This document shows, piece after piece, positions 12,431 to 28,012 of a stretch of DNA of 64,000 nt (within the stretch, counting starts at the first letter, position 1; every line of letters begins with the position of its first letter). The stretch lies in assembly GCF_009914755.1 (NCBI RefSeq), contig NC_060926.1; one strand, written 5' to 3'. The notes beneath the pieces were generated by a model that saw only the letters and a program-made list of their open reading frames with translations, ran no database searches and was not told the origin of the DNA. The position numbers were made by a program, and so were the translations under genes. Origin of the DNA: the human T2T-CHM13v2.0 reference genome, Homo sapiens.

Positions 12431-14779
12431 GGATTCCCGGTCCTTTGTCATCTCTGGTACCCAGCTCCTTGCTTGGGCCCGGCCTGTGTCTCGACTTTCT
12501 TCCCCCAGGCTCACTCATCCATCAAAATGAAGTCAGTGACTTGCATCTTTAGAGTCCAAGCTTGGAAACCTCCGAACTTGGAGGAATGGAATCCAAGCTG
12601 GGGAGAAGGTGGGAAGTGAACCTACCTCTTGTTGGGGGCCGTGACTGAGAGGGCAGGGAAGCAGAGGGCTGAGGGACTCCTAGGAGCCGGAGCTGCTCTG
12701 CTCTGTGGACCCGCCTGGGTCCTGAGATCAGGGGCCACGTCACAGGCGACTTCCAGTGCAGCTGAAGTGTGTAGGTGCCACACCCTCCACATGGTGCCCA
12801 GCCAGGGCTTCTGGAATGGGAGGGGCCCTGAGCTCCGGTCAGCAGGGCCAGTGGTCACCCGGCCCGCCATTTTCCCAGCACAGCCAGCTCACGGGCCTGC
12901 TTCTGCCCCTTCCAGTGCCTTTCTTGGGGAGGAAATAGCAGGGGATTATCCAAAACCCCGACTCCCCCTGGTAATGCTGGTAATTCTCCTTCCCTCTCAG
13001 CATTTCCCTTTGATGCTCTAAAAGCTGAACCTCCAATTTTACCTGGTTGGCTCCTCTTCCAACTGCCTATGTAATGTGATTGTCCCTAATGGAACCAGCC
13101 TTGAATAATTGAACAGAGCTGGAACAGGGGCCGTGGAAGTTGTGACTGCCTTCACTCCTATATTTAGTGCAAAGGGGAAACCGAGTTCACGCGTGGTCAG
13201 GGCTCTGTCATGCCCGAAGCTCAGGACACTCTCGGACTCTGGTCTGGGGCCGGGTTGAATAGAGGCCCTGTGCTCTGTGCCTCTGGGCTTGGCCCCGTCC
13301 TCACCCCATGCTCCCCTGAGCGTGTCCTGCTGTACTGGGCCTCAAGGGTCGGCTGTGTGATGGCAGGGTCCTGGCTCCATCTGTCCCGGCTCTGCCTCCT
13401 GAGTCCTCGGCACTTCTCAAGGGGTGCTCCCTCTCCCCCACCCTCAGGGCCAAGGCTGCCAGTCTCAGCTCCCAAATCCATCTGTTTCCCACCCCTTGTC
13501 ACCACCCCCAACCCAAAGCCTCCCTGTCCTCATCCACACTTGCCGCCATCCTCCCCTCTGGCTTCTTCCTCTCCCGTCTGACTTTCTTGCATATACCAGC
13601 CGTGTTCCTCAACAGAAGCACAGACATTCCTCTGTCCTTCTCAGTGTTCCCCCAGGCTGTGCCATTTCCTGGAGCAAAACACACACTCCTGAGCATGATC
13701 TGTGATCCTGGCCCTTTTTGCAAAGCACAGGCTGCCCAGAGCCTGTGCCTATCAGCCTGGCTCCAAGGGCATCTCCTGACCTCCCTGGCAGGAGCCGCAG
13801 CATCCATGCCAAGGGGTGGGAGCAGGGCTAAGCAGCTACCAGGGATGTCAGCCCTGGCTCTAGCAGAGGATGAGGGAGCTCCTGCCTCCAGACTTCGGGT
13901 GGACGCTGTCCCTGAGAAAATGTCCCAAATGAAGTCGGCATCATGACCTCCTTCTTCAGAAGGAAGGAGCTTCATTGTTTGCAGCAACTACATACTCAGC
14001 TGTGTTTGTGTGAGGTGTGGGCTGAGAGTGAGGAGAGGGAAAGAAAGGGAGAGAGGGAAAGGGAGAGAGGGAAGGAGGGAGAGGGAAAAAGAGACTGACA
14101 GCCCCCAGGAAGCCTGTGACTAGAAGCTGTTTCAGCCAAAGGCCAACCTTCTCTTCCCTGTGAGCAACACTTTCACAGCATCTCTGGTTCTGCAAACCCA
14201 AAGGGAAAATCCCGAGCAGTGACTAAAACTGCTGTCATCACCACAGGCCATGCCCACACCTGCCCCGCCCCTCCCAGGAGGACCAGCTGCTGGCAGAGCT
14301 GCACAGGGTCAGAGCCCAGGCCAGCTTCTGTGTGAGTCTGTGGTGCGCCCTGGGCACAGAGGGATGGGCAGTGGCTGGGGAAGACAGCTCAAGTGTCAGA
14401 GCTACTCAGCTGCAGACTTCCTTCCCACCTGCTGGGGATTCTTTCAGGAATTGTTCTGGGGAAAAAAAACAAAACAACAACAACAAAAAAAACCACTTTC
14501 TAACCAAGAGGAGCTTTCCTGGCAGTTCTTAAAATAAAAATGTTTGCCCTTATAGGGGGATGAGTTTACCATCAAGAATGAAGACTCTCCAGCTTGCATC
14601 TAAACACGTGAATACAACAATATGGTTGTTTAGAACAAAGCCATTCAGAGGGGCCCTGGTAGACTGATGTTCACATTCACAGCAGGCAAATGCAAATGGC
14701 CCTCCACTACTGAGGAGAAAAGGCAGGGCCATGATATGAATTTCAGGCTGATTTGCATTGAAAGAAAAAAAGAAGCATT

Positions 14780-16260
<1,481 letters not shown>

Positions 16261-19200
16261 GTGTTTTTCCCCCATGTAGTACAGGCCTCAGCAGCCTGGG
16301 CACACAGCAGAAAGCCACTCTTACTGTTCTACCCAAATGATGCCCCAAGCCCTCACCCAGCCCCCATCCCAGAAAGCTGCCTCTCCAGAGACCTCAGGCT
16401 GCTTGGAGGCTCTGCCCCACCCTGGCAGCCTGGTGTGCTGGCCGCTGGGCAGGGCAACATTCTCCCAGGGAGGGTCTCTGTTCTCCTCTTGCTCAGCAGT
16501 CAGTCCTGTGGTCTCTGCACCTGGCCCAAGGGCGGCCTCACTGCAGAGCACAGTTCAGGGCCCATCTCACCTGGACAGGCAACCCACACCCCTCCCTGGT
16601 TCCACTGGGACGGGAACCCTCCTGGAGGCAGGAGGCTTGTCTATTGTTTGAAGGGTGCTTGTGGGCCCCTCAGGTGTGTGGGTGCTCAGGTGCACCCTGG
16701 GCCCTTGTGCGTGTAAGCAGTGACACCCTGCCTTTCTGGTCCCATGCTAGACCCACAGGAGTCCCATGCTAGACCCACAGAGTGTCGTTACACTCTGAGC
16801 ACCAACTTGCACACAAAGACCTCCCTCCTCCCTCCATCCAAAAGGCCTCTTCTTTTCTGTTGCTAAAATTGATCGTCACACTGGACAGCCAGCCATGGGT
16901 GCTCTCAACCCCTTTCTAAGGGGAGTCCTCCTGAGCCCCACCCCATGTGGGCTCTCTTCTGGGGGTCACTGCTGGGAGTCAGGACCTTGCTCTGCGGAGG
17001 ATGGAGGCTGCTGGCAACCTTCTACCTAATAAAGAAGTCCAGAACAGGGCTCCTGGCAGGGAGAGAGGAGAGGTCCCAGCAGGCCCATGGTTTTCATAGT
17101 CCAGGGTCTGGTATTTAGAGAAAGGAAGAAGTACTGGATAGGGCCACCAACAGGGGCCCCAGAACATTTTACCCCTGTAAGGGCAGGGACAATTTGGGGA
17201 AAGTGACCTAGAAATGAATCTTTGATCAGGCCCACAGTCCTCACCCTCACCTTGGCCCCGGGCATTCGCCTTCCAAGTGTGCTGTCTTGAGCCCCTGTGG
17301 CTGTCTTGGTGCTAACTTCCTGGCCCAGAGGTTTCTGCAGGCCTTTTTTGGAGGAGCTACTTCTGCGCTCACAGTGTCTCCTTTGCCTCCACAGGGGTCG
17401 TGGCTGTGAGCCCGACTCCAGCCCCCATGTGCCTCCTGGGCTCCGCACATGCCTGCCCTGGCTGGACACACCCAGCACCGCTGCTGGTAGGCTGCTGCCA
17501 CCTGGGCCCTTGCGTGGCAGGAAGTGAGGGAGGCTCCATGGCATCCTCAGCCCAGAGACACCAGGGCCTCCGATGGACTCAGCATCCTGGCTGCCTCCAC
17601 CCCAATTCACCTCAATCAGAAGGCTAAAGAGGCAGTGGGGCACCTGCCTGCCTGGCAGAGCTGAGGCTCTGAGCAGCCCGAGGAGAGAGGGAGGCCCAAG
17701 GCCTCAGCAGGGCCCAAAAGGCCAGAGGGCGCCTTGGCCAGCGGCAGGAGGAGTCGCTGGGGAAGCAGCTCTTGCTCTGGGCAGGCACTGCAAACACCCC
17801 GTAAATGCCACTTAAGATCTGAATCATCACTATGCAGCCTCGAAAGCCTGACATCCATCATTCTGCCGGCCAGTCCTCCCTGAAGGCAGAATGACCATGC
17901 TTAGAATATGACTGCCTTTCATCTGAATTATGCCCCAACAAGGATTACAAATGGCTTCCTGGAACAAGAGAGACCATTCAACCCAGGACATTGGTCCTCA
18001 CTGCACAGGTGGAGCAAACCCCCGTCCTCTGGGTGCTCCTGGCTGCAGGCTGGCTCTCTTGATCACCTCCATGGACTGAGGATGTCAGGAGCTGTTGGGA
18101 CGTGTTGTGAATGGTGATTTCTGTCCCACGTCACTCCAGTGGCCATGGTTTCTATTTCCTGTTTCTGTTTCACCTGGTTCCAATTCTTGCTATCTGAGGC
18201 AGTAGTTGAGGTGGCTGTCCCTCCTCTCCCGGGCAGGGAACCTGCTTAAGTGGCCTTCAAGGAAGTGTTGGAGTTCTCCTCCAGGTGTGCCCTGCCTCAG
18301 GGTGTCTGCACTGGCTTGGGCCCCAGCCAGCGTCCCTCGAGGCCTAAACCCGGGCCAGACTCCCACTGTGTGCCCGGGTGCAGTGGGAGGCTGGCTCAGC
18401 AGGGGCACTCTGCAGGTTTCCAGGGTCAGGTCACAGCTCTGTCCCTCAGCTCTGTCCCGGCCAGGAGTCTGACCTAAGTGCTGAGCAGAAGCCACAGCAT
18501 TCTTGCTTAGTTGTCTTCTGTTCTATGCCAGGCACCCCCGGAGGTTGATCGGAAGGTGCTTCCCTTCTCTTCCCGAGCCTCACCTGCCAGAGTGCATGTC
18601 TCCCTTTGCGGGCCATGAAGGTGAGCGCTACCTACCTGTCCTCACAGGTGTGTCTTCCCCTCCATAGCACTTCTCACAGCTGCAGCAAGAGAGACAGTGA
18701 TCAACAAATACCTTTTCAAATAAATATACGAAGAGTTTTGATAAATATACACCTGCTGTATCTGGAGAAAACACATCCGAAAACCTGCTCCTGAGGTGCT
18801 GTGCCCACAGTCTAAGCTTCCACCAGGACCCTCTGGGGCAGCTCTCCCCTGACCTTCTGGGGGGTTCTGCTGCTCCCACTTGTCCCCATGTCTATGCAGA
18901 TTCTACCTTCCAGGCCCCCAGGCCTTGAGCAGACCTCCAAGTGGCCACAGCCCCGCCACCCCGCCCCTACTCAGTGCCTAGTGCAGCCTGTTTTAGCTCA
19001 CCGACTGACTGGGCAAACCCTGCCCGTGTGTGTCTGTGCTCGGCAAAACCCGAGCTGACCCCGCGAGGGGCCTTGTGCCCCCATCCAACCACCCCTTCAT
19101 GGCACCCAAACCTCTTCTGGTGCTGCTGCCCAGGATCCCGTCACAGCCCTCACTGCAGCCCCGCCCCAGCCCCGTTCTCTATGGAGGGCAGGGCTGGTGC

Positions 19201-22200
19201 ACTGAGGTTCCCCTTTCCCTGCACTATGGGCCAGCCTGAGTCTCTGGATCCCAGGGCTGAGGGCAGAAGGCACAGGGGTGTGGGATACTAGGCAGGTACT
19301 AAGTGGGGCAGGGGATGACTGTACCTCTCGGTCTGTGCCCACTGACAGGCCTGATCTCCCAGGGACCTTTGTTGGCCGCAGCAGAAGACAGCTGTGTCCA
19401 GCATGCACCGGCTCACCTGGGGAGCCAGCCACGCCCCCAGATGGGGCCCCGTGGAACCCTATTGCCTGCTGAGGGGACCCTCAGCCCTCGTGGCAATGGC
19501 ACAGAGCACAGGGGTGGGGGCAGTCTGCAGCGACCTTCTGAGGAAGAACAGACAGGTGAGGAAGCCGTGACTCTCGAGGCCTTGGCCCCAAGCAAAGTAG
19601 AAGGAAACTTCTGGCTGAAAAGGAAGGTTTATGCACGTGCCTGATGTTCAGTCTACACAGCGTCCCTGGGTGGAGATTGGAAACCCTTGCTGAATGCAGT
19701 GTGTGGCCCCACCCCTTGCAGGAATCTGCATTTCATGGACAGAGGGGTCCCCCCTTGAATTTCCAGTCTTAGCCAGTATTTTCTTCTCCATATCCTTGCA
19801 TTGACCTTGGCATGACTTCTCGAAACTTTGTGTGAAGTGTCATTCTGCTTTTTCTCCTTGGCACAGGTGGGGCCAATAGCAGCAGCCCCTCCCATACGTT
19901 TGCAATGAGTGGGGGTGTGGGGTGGTTGGCTGGAGCAAGGGGCCAGCGACTCCTGGAACACTGAGTTGGCCTTTCCTCCCAGGTTCAAGGACGGCTCCAC
20001 TACTACGCAGTGAGGGTCACTGGCCACAGGGGAGGAGGGCACAGTCAGGCGTGGTACCCAGGCCACAGAGGTGCCCTCGTCCTGGTTCTCCACCAAAGAG
20101 TTCAGGCCCCACTACAAAGCAGTGACTGTTCTGAAGATGAGAGACGAAGGGTTCCAAAGAGATGCAGAGAGGGGTGAGACCATGGTCCTGTGGGCCCAAG
20201 AATGCAGGGGACTCTGTCCTTAAAACTCCAGCAGGGGGTGTGGTGTGGGTCTCGCCTCTGCAGTGGTCTTCCCCACTGCCTGTTTTTCACCTTCTTTCCT
20301 GACTCAGGACCAGGCAAAGCCCTGGGGAGAGGAGAAAGGGGAGGAGCTGGTGCCTGTGCCCGGCTGTCAGGACACGAGAAGGGGCAGCAAGCAGGGCACC
20401 TGGCCCCAGCTCTGAGCAAGTTGTCCCCCCGCAAGCTGCCCAGGGGTGACGTGCACCTCCAGACAGGCTGACAGCTGTACTTGCACCTCCGGATAGGCTG
20501 ACGGCCCTATGCCCTAGGTTCCAGAGTGTGGCAGAGATGGCTGGGTTGATTTTCCTGGAAGCGTTTCTGCTGACCCTGCTGAAATGGACAGGTGGAGTAT
20601 GTTCAGCAGGCAGCCGCCCACCTCCCTCCCCAGGGCAGTAAGGCCAGGGCTGGGGAGGAGAGTCTTCCAGAAAGTCACGCGCGGCTGCACCCAGCCCAGG
20701 ATGTGGCTGTGCCCTGCCGGGGGGGCTTCTCTGCAGGGCCCAGTTGGCTCTCCAGGGACCTTAGGTTCTGGAAAACAAGAGGGTCTCATGGGGTTCTGGA
20801 AAACAAGAGGTGGCTGGTGTGGATGGGGATGTCCTCCTGAGGCCCCACAGGAATAGCCCCCGGGTCACAGTGGGAAAAAGTAAGTCCCTCCCAAAGTGGC
20901 CACCCCAGGCAGCCTGGCCTGCCTCCTGGAGTGCCTTGGGTCAGGGGTCAACAAGCTGCTGCATCCCGAGAGCCAAACCTGGGCCCCCGTTTCTTGAGTA
21001 TCTGCTTGAATGACCCTCCCCTTCCCTGCTCATCCCTGGGCCCAGGAGAAGCTTCATCATAGGCGGTTAAACTGCACCTGTGCTCGGTACTGAGCCACTC
21101 TCCAAGCCACACCTGCCTGGCCAGGGCCTGGAGCCTCAGCCAGCAGCCTCAGGCCCCAGTGTCAGGACCTCCCTTGGTCCTGCAGGGAGGCTGGGCCTTT
21201 CCTGGGGTGGGCCGCCCCTGAGGCGGGGGCTCCCATCCACCACAACCTGCACTTGGAAGCTCCAGAGGGGCAGCCACAGGGAAGCCGTGGGGTCTCTGCC
21301 CTTGGCTCCTGGACGATTCCGGATCTCCAGGCCAATGTGTCCAGCACGGCAGCCTCCCCACCCAGCCCCATGCCCTCGAGAGAATGGCCTCGGATAAGCA
21401 GCGTTTCTCAGGGAAACCCCCAGGACACCCCCTGCTCTCCGAAGTTCTAGTCTTTCCCTTCACTCAGAGTAATGGATGTGTGTTTTCCTTAACAATTCCA
21501 TTATTAAAAGAAGTTGTTCAGGGATCTCGCCCCAGAACAAAGCAAGCCCTCAGTGGGCCGTAGGGTAGCCTGCTGTCTCCCCCGGACAGGTGCACCGGAG
21601 CTCAGGGTGGACAAGGCTGGCTTGGTCACCAGGCCCAGGGGAGACGGTCAGCACCCTCTTAGCCGCACAGGAGGCGGGTAGGGAGAACGCTCCAACCTTA
21701 CTCCCAGTCAACTGGAATCACCTGGCATGATTTCAGCTCACAGATTTAAAAAAACTGCCTGTGAGAATATTGTCCCTGTGTGAGGGGAGGGTCTTGCTAT
21801 TCCTGGACCCAGTGTGTCCAAGGGAGGGAGAGTTGGGCCTCTGTCCCCCTGGGGTCCCCAGCTGCTAGGCAGCTGCACCTGGGATCCTGCCCACCAGGGA
21901 GTAGGAGGCTGCTCCCAGCTCTGTGTCCAGATCTGGGTCTAGTGCTGTGTCCGAGCCCTCTGCTCCCATAAGCCAAGGCCTATGGGGACTGGCCTAGGGT
22001 GAAGGAGCCTTAGTCCTTGAAATACCAGACCTCATTTTGAAACATGTGAAGGAGCTGCAGCAGAGAGCACTGGCTTGCGTCCCGGGAGGCGGCTGTACGT
22101 GGCCAGCATGCCTCACAGGAGGTAATGGCTGGTGTCACTGGCGTGGCTTAATGACAGAAGTCTGAGGTTTTACAGGACAAAAGGAATTGGGGTTCGTGCA

Positions 22201-23048
22201 TCCAGATGTTTCCCCAACACATGCAGGGACTGTCAAGACCAGGAAGGGGGGACACAGAGAGCAGCAAAGGGGTCACTGGGAGTGGTAAAGGGGCCACTGG
22301 GGGTGGTTCTTCAGCCAGGCCCAGCCCCTCCAAGCCCCCCCAGCCCCTCTGAGCCTCTCCGGGGGGATCCTGGGGGCTCCTCTCCAGGCCACTGGATTTC
22401 CCAGCACCTGGCCCCATGGAGCCCGGGGCATGGTAAACCCGCTACACAGACCTGCCTGCAGCAGGGGCACCTGGGCTGCCTGCTTCTGACCTTGATGTGA
22501 TTTGTTTCGATCAGCTGGTTGTTCACCATGCTGAGTCTGACTGAGCAGTCGGGAGGGCACAGAATTCCGCTTGGATAGTGATCAAGACGTAGCACAGGGC
22601 GCTCACTGTGTAAAAATGAATGCACCCCTCACAGGCTGCTTGCTGTGTAGACAGGAATACACTGCTCACGTGGGCGTTCACCAGTGCTGTGAGAGAGCAG
22701 GCAAGCACAGGATCCCGGGCCAGGCCACACGACCAGCTCCTTGAACGAACAGCCACTTCCCAGTCTTTCAACAGATAAGAACCCAGACATGACCTCTGGG
22801 GTACTGACCAGGGTATCCCTCAGAGCGGCCTGGCGCGGGCCTGCCATGCACGGAGGTGCTGTCTGCCTCTCATTAGCATTCAGTGAGTCCAGCTCCTGCT
22901 CTCCTCATCAGCATTCCAGCCATGCTGGCCAGCTCGGCCTGAGAGCAGGAGCCTGCCTGGAGATGTCCCCTCTCACCCAGCCTGAAGGCACTGCCTGCCC
23001 TTGCCTCGGGACACAGCCGCAGCTGGCTCCCATCTGCAGGGATGCTGG

Positions 23049-23487
23049 TGACCACCTAAAAGGAAGAGGCTGAGGCATAAAATGTAGCTGAAAGATTGAC
23101 TTGAGCTGAGGTGAGGGCAGCTGCCTGGAAGACTCGGACTGAAGCAGCTTGGATAGGAGCCCTATTCGGCCTTTATTACAGGCAGGTTTTTAAAGACGAA
23201 AAAGGGGGACAGAGAGTTGTTTGTTGGGAATTCCCATTGGCTTACGGAAACCACATTGGTGAGTGATTGGCTATCCACTGTTCAGCTACAGGGCATGAGT
23301 TACAGCGTCCAGTGTGGCATTGCTAGGTTACTTTACAGCTGCTGCAGCGGTCACAAGCAGCTTCAAGAGGTGGACACACAGCTCAAAGCGGGAGAGGATG
23401 TGACTGCTGTCTCATCTTAACGTCTTTCTGGGACTGACAGTGTCAAAAGACTACATTCCTTGGATAAAAGCTTTTTTCCTTTTCTCA
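23049..23487 (-). mobile_element. ERV1 (MER4-group-like) solo LTR
   Basis: TG...CA termini; 4-bp flanks CTGG/CTAG (3 of 4 match); tgaccacctaaaaggaagaggctgaggc terminus; three ATTGG (CCAAT on minus strand). Confidence 0.65.
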
Positions 23488-25299
23488 CTAGGCAGAGAGA
23501 GGCTGGCTGACCCCTGGCTGTGGCCTCCTGACTAGATACAGATGCGGAGCCCATGGTGGATCTGAGCCGGGACGGGCCTGGAGCTTCAAGCACGTCCTTG
23601 GGGAGGAACTCCAGGGTGCCCCCGGATATGAGAGAGGGCACTGCAGGGTCCTCGGAGGCCATGCAGCCCAGATCTGGCCTCACAGTCCACCAGCTGACTC
23701 GGGCACCTTTGCTGCCTGACAAGATGGCTCCCAGCTTGCTTGCCGCCTCTGGCCGGGTCTCCAAGCACCGAGCTGGGGAAGCCGGGTTGCTGCTGGACTG
23801 TGAGCTCGGACAGTTAACCTGAACACGTGTTTCACAGCTGTGGCCCAGGAAACCATGGCCTCTGTCTGGTCTGGTTTGCAGCCGCTTCGGGCCCTGGGTG
23901 TGGGCCGGGCGCCCAGTTCATGCACAGCTGTGCAGCAGGTGGAAGGCCTGGTGGGAGCGTCAGTGTCTGGTACCCTGGTTCCCCGCAGACTCTTTCCAAC
24001 TCAGTGTGCCGCCTTCCTGCGGGTCAGGACCCATGACTCTTGGAGAAAAGACCAACCCTCCCCCGGCAAGGCCTGGCAATCAGGCAGGCCAGGTCTCCCT
24101 CTGGGCTCCCATCCCGCAGGCTCTGGCCCTGCCCCTGGTCACTGCACCAGCCCATCCTTCGGCCTAGTCCCCTTCCCTCCTCCTAAGGACCAGGGCCCAG
24201 AATCCTGCCCCAGACCCTAAGCAGCTGCTCCTTCCCTTCCAGGACCACCCCAGTCCCCCACCATTATGTAACCCCTGAGTGTCCAGACGGAGCCCTGGTG
24301 GTCGAGTGCAGGTTCCAGAGTGTGATGTGGGTGCATCATTGTCAGAACCCCCAGTTCCCCTGCCTGAAAAACCAGGTGACAGTGATGCCACTCATGGCTA
24401 TCAGCAAAGTAGCATGTCACGGCCTTGAGCCATCCCTGCCAGCTTCGATGGGAACATGGTCAGGGAATGGAGCCTGGCTGGGGCCTCCCTGGCCCTCGAG
24501 GAGAGGTCTTGGTTCTGGTCCGGAGCCCTTTGCTGGGGCAGGGGCAGCCCCGGGGAGGCCTCAGGCTGGCCCCAGGCACCCACCAGAGGCCCTCAAGACT
24601 GCCCTGAGTGAGGGGTGCACGGTGAGCTGGTCTGACCTCGGCTCCTCTGGGGAGGGAACCACACAGCAAGACCCTGTGCTCATGAAGAACAATCGTGCAG
24701 AACAGAAAGGAAGCTTCACATCACCAGAGAGGGCCAGAGCTGTATCCTGGGCCCGCCACTGACCAGGTGAGTCTCAGAGCTATCAGCTCCTCCTCAGGGG
24801 TCTGCCTCCTGACCTGAGAGGGCTGGGGGCTGGAATGGGCATCCCTAAGGCAGGTCCTCTTGGGGTCTTGGCTGGGATCGGTTGAGCACAGCTCAGCCAG
24901 GTGGCATCAGATTCCCGTCTTCCTCTTGTAGCCCTGCCAGCCGGATCCCCACGCCTGTGGGGGGTCAGTCTACTCCAGACCAGAGACACGACCCAAGAAA
25001 AAGGGTACATAGGAAGCAGACGGCACTTTCCTCTGAAATGCGCCAACAGATTTACTAGGCAGGACAGCCTCAGCAGACACCCACGCTCACCTGCTGGGCT
25101 GCACTGCAACCGCCAGCCTCAGAGAGCTGCATGGTCCCTGTGCACCCCCACTTCACAGAGATGAGCAACCTCTCCACAGTCAGACACTGCCCTGCAGGGA
25201 GGCAGAAGTGGAGGTGCACAGAACAAGGGGGTCTTGAGGGGAGGGGAACAGTGCAGGAACCTGGGGAGCAGGGGGAGGTGGGAGAGTCAGGAAGTGGGA

Positions 25300-25612
25300 C
25301 AGCTGGGCGTGGAGGTGGATGCAGGGTGAGGGGTGGGTGGGGCGGGGTGGAGGGACGGGGGTGGGGGTGGATGCAGGGTGGGGGTGGGGTGGTGTGGGGT
25401 GGAGGGACAGGGGTGGGCGTGGATGCAGGGTGAGGTGTGGGTGGGGTGGGGTGGAAGGATGGGGGTGGGGGTGGATGCAGGGTGAGGGGTGGGTGGGGTG
25501 GGGTGGAAGGATGGGGGTGGGGGTGGATGCAGGGTGAGGGGTGGGTGGGGTGGGGTGGAGGGACGGGGTGTGGGTGGATGCAGGGTGAGGGGTGGGGGGC
25601 TGGAGGGACAGA
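25300..25612. repeat. G-rich minisatellite, ~50-bp unit (ggtggatgcagggtgaggggtgggtggggtggggtggag...), ~6 copies
   Basis: ggatgcagggtg recurs about every 50 bp; dense G3-G5 runs. Confidence 0.95.
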
Positions 25613-25957
25613 GCATGGGGGTGCTGGGGCCCCTGGGTGAGGTGGCGCCTCCTGGCTGTGGAGTTCATGCTCCTAAGGGGAAGATGGAGGTTAGAGGCCT
25701 GGGGTTTTGAGGCTGTCTCTGCCAACAGAAACTCAGGCAAGCAGAGGTCAGGGTCAGGGCTAGGGCTTAGCTTTAAGGTTGGGATTTGAAGGAGGTCAGG
25801 AAAGAAAATGGGTGGGAGGGTGCAATGTTGTGCCATGGTATTTGGGTCACCAGGGGCTCTGAGCAAAGGCAGCCTCCATCTCCGAGGAGCACCAAGGACA
25901 GGACTCCAGGTGGGGCTGAACCCTTAGGAGACTGCAGTCAGAAGGCAACTCTACTCA

Positions 25958-26300
25958 CGCTCCACCCACCGTCCACCTCCACCGGCTCCACCCACCTCTA
26001 CCAGCTCTGCCCATCTCCACCAGCTCAACCCACCCCTTTAGCTCCTCCTACCCCCACCAGCTCCGCCCACTCTTTCAGCTCCACCCACCTTCACCAGCTC
26101 CACCCACGCCCTCAGTCCCACTCACCTCCACCAACTCCACCCACCCCTCAGCTCAGCTCACTTCCACCAGCTCAGCCCACCCCTTCAGCTCCACCCATCT
26201 CCACCATCTCCACCCACCATCAGCTGTACCCACTCTGCCTCCCCCACTTACCACTTTGGCTCCACCCACTTCTGCCAGCTCCACCCACCACCCACCTCTG
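25958..26300. repeat. Degenerate C-rich tandem repeat (cagctccacccacc-like units)
   Basis: Recurrent ctccacccacc / ccagctc units. Confidence 0.85.
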
Positions 26301-27754
26301 CTCTGCAAACAGGTAGCATGCACCACCTTTCCGCACCTGCTGTAGTCCAACCACACGGGCACTGGGCGGTGGCCTTGATCTCAGTCCCCGTTGCTCACGG
26401 GGTCTCAGATCCCACCTGTGAGGGGCTGTGCTGACCCGAGGCCCCTTCCAGGACCCGCGGGGTTCACAATTCAAGTGACTCAGGCCCTAGAAGGCTTGTA
26501 CCATACAAGTGCAGGTTGACGCCCCATAGCAGGGCTCACAGCTTTGCGCTGTTCTAGATCCAGAATGGCAGCAGAGCTCATCCTACAGTAGGGGCTGCCG
26601 TGTGCTGGGGCATGTGCCTCGATGGATTAGTGATGTCCAGCACAGGCATGGGATGGGGACAGGTGGTGTGACTGGAGGGATCCCTCACCAGAGCTGGAAG
26701 CTCTTCTGAGACACCCTCCGCCATCCTCGCAGTTCTCTGCCCAGTGGGGTACTCAGGTGCACCTGTCAGGTGGCTTTTCCCAAAGCTCAGGCTGATCAGG
26801 ATCTGTAAGCCCCACACTGCCAGGTGGTGACTTGCACAGGTTCTGTGTCTTTTCACTTGAGGAGGACACCAGGAGGGGGGCAAAATCTCAGGGGCTGTCC
26901 TCCACCCTCCAGCATAGCATGGATTTCCGGACCCCTCTCAGCACTCACCTCTACCCTGTTCTTTTGAAAAGAATAACTTGAAACAGGTTTATGCTCCATA
27001 TCCTCTTCCTTCAGGTGATGTTGACTCCTGAGTTCTGTGAGTCACACATCAAAACCAGGCAGTGAAGATCACTGTTTCCTCCACTAAAATAAAACTTGAT
27101 TGTTAGGAAGAGGCGCAGCTTCCCCTAGAGATCCCCAACCCGGTTGGGGTGTTTCCGCCAGCTCTTCCTTCATGGTTTACCTTTGAGTAAGGTGATGGAA
27201 ACCTGCCTGCTCCAAGCTGCAAAATCAGTTCCGTAGACAGATAAACCCCGCAGAGGAAACACCCTTGGCCCCCGTGGTAGAAGACATGGATACATTCCTG
27301 CCTAGACAGAACATAAAAAATTAGATGCAGACATTTTCCCTGATTATTTTTGAATACTAGAAAAGCAAAACAATATTGAAATGCAGACTGCAACCTCCAA
27401 GGAAGGTGGATTTCAGCTTCTGGTGAGTCTATGCATAAAACCAAACTCTCTAGCTCAGAATCCTGGTGGGGCAGCCCAAGGGTGGTTCGGAACCACAAGG
27501 GCCTGGCTCAAAGGTCCTTCTGCGTCACTCACTAAAGCACAAAACTTCAGGTGAGTGTCTTACCTTCTTTGAGGCTGTTTTTTCCTCAATCAAAAGGGGA
27601 AGGCTCATTTATTCCTTCATTCATTCAACAACAAATTGAACTTTCAGTGAGGGTGCAGTTAAGCCCCACTGGGCAGAAATACACAGAGCTCAGTCTTAAA
27701 TGAGAACGTGTGCGACGCTCTTGGATCCTGCCTGGGCCACAGTGAGTGCCAGAA

Positions 27755-28012
27755 TTCAGTATCTGATGTGGACCCGTTTCCTGGTTCATGGATGCTGTCT
27801 TCTCGCATCTCACATGGCAGAAGGGGTAAGGGGTCTGTCTTTACCTCTGTTGTAGGTCACTCAACGCCCGACGAGGGCTCCACATTCATGACCCAATCTG
27901 GGCCAATCATGACCCACTCTGACCTTTCCAAAAGGTTCCACCTCCCAAAACCATCACCCTGGGGGCTGGAATCTCAACATGGGAATTAAGGGGAACACAT
28001 TCATACTGTAGC
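27755..28012 (-). mobile_element. MLT1A-like MaLR LTR fragment
   Basis: ctcacatggcagaagggg...gagggctccacattcatgacccaatc...ccacctcccaaaaccatcacc...tcaacatgggaatt...acacattcatactgtagca. Confidence 0.75.

Noticed and set aside
25131-26362. Pro/His-rich and Gly/Trp-rich ORFs (up to 228 aa)
   Set aside because: Low-complexity translations of G-rich and C-rich minisatellites.
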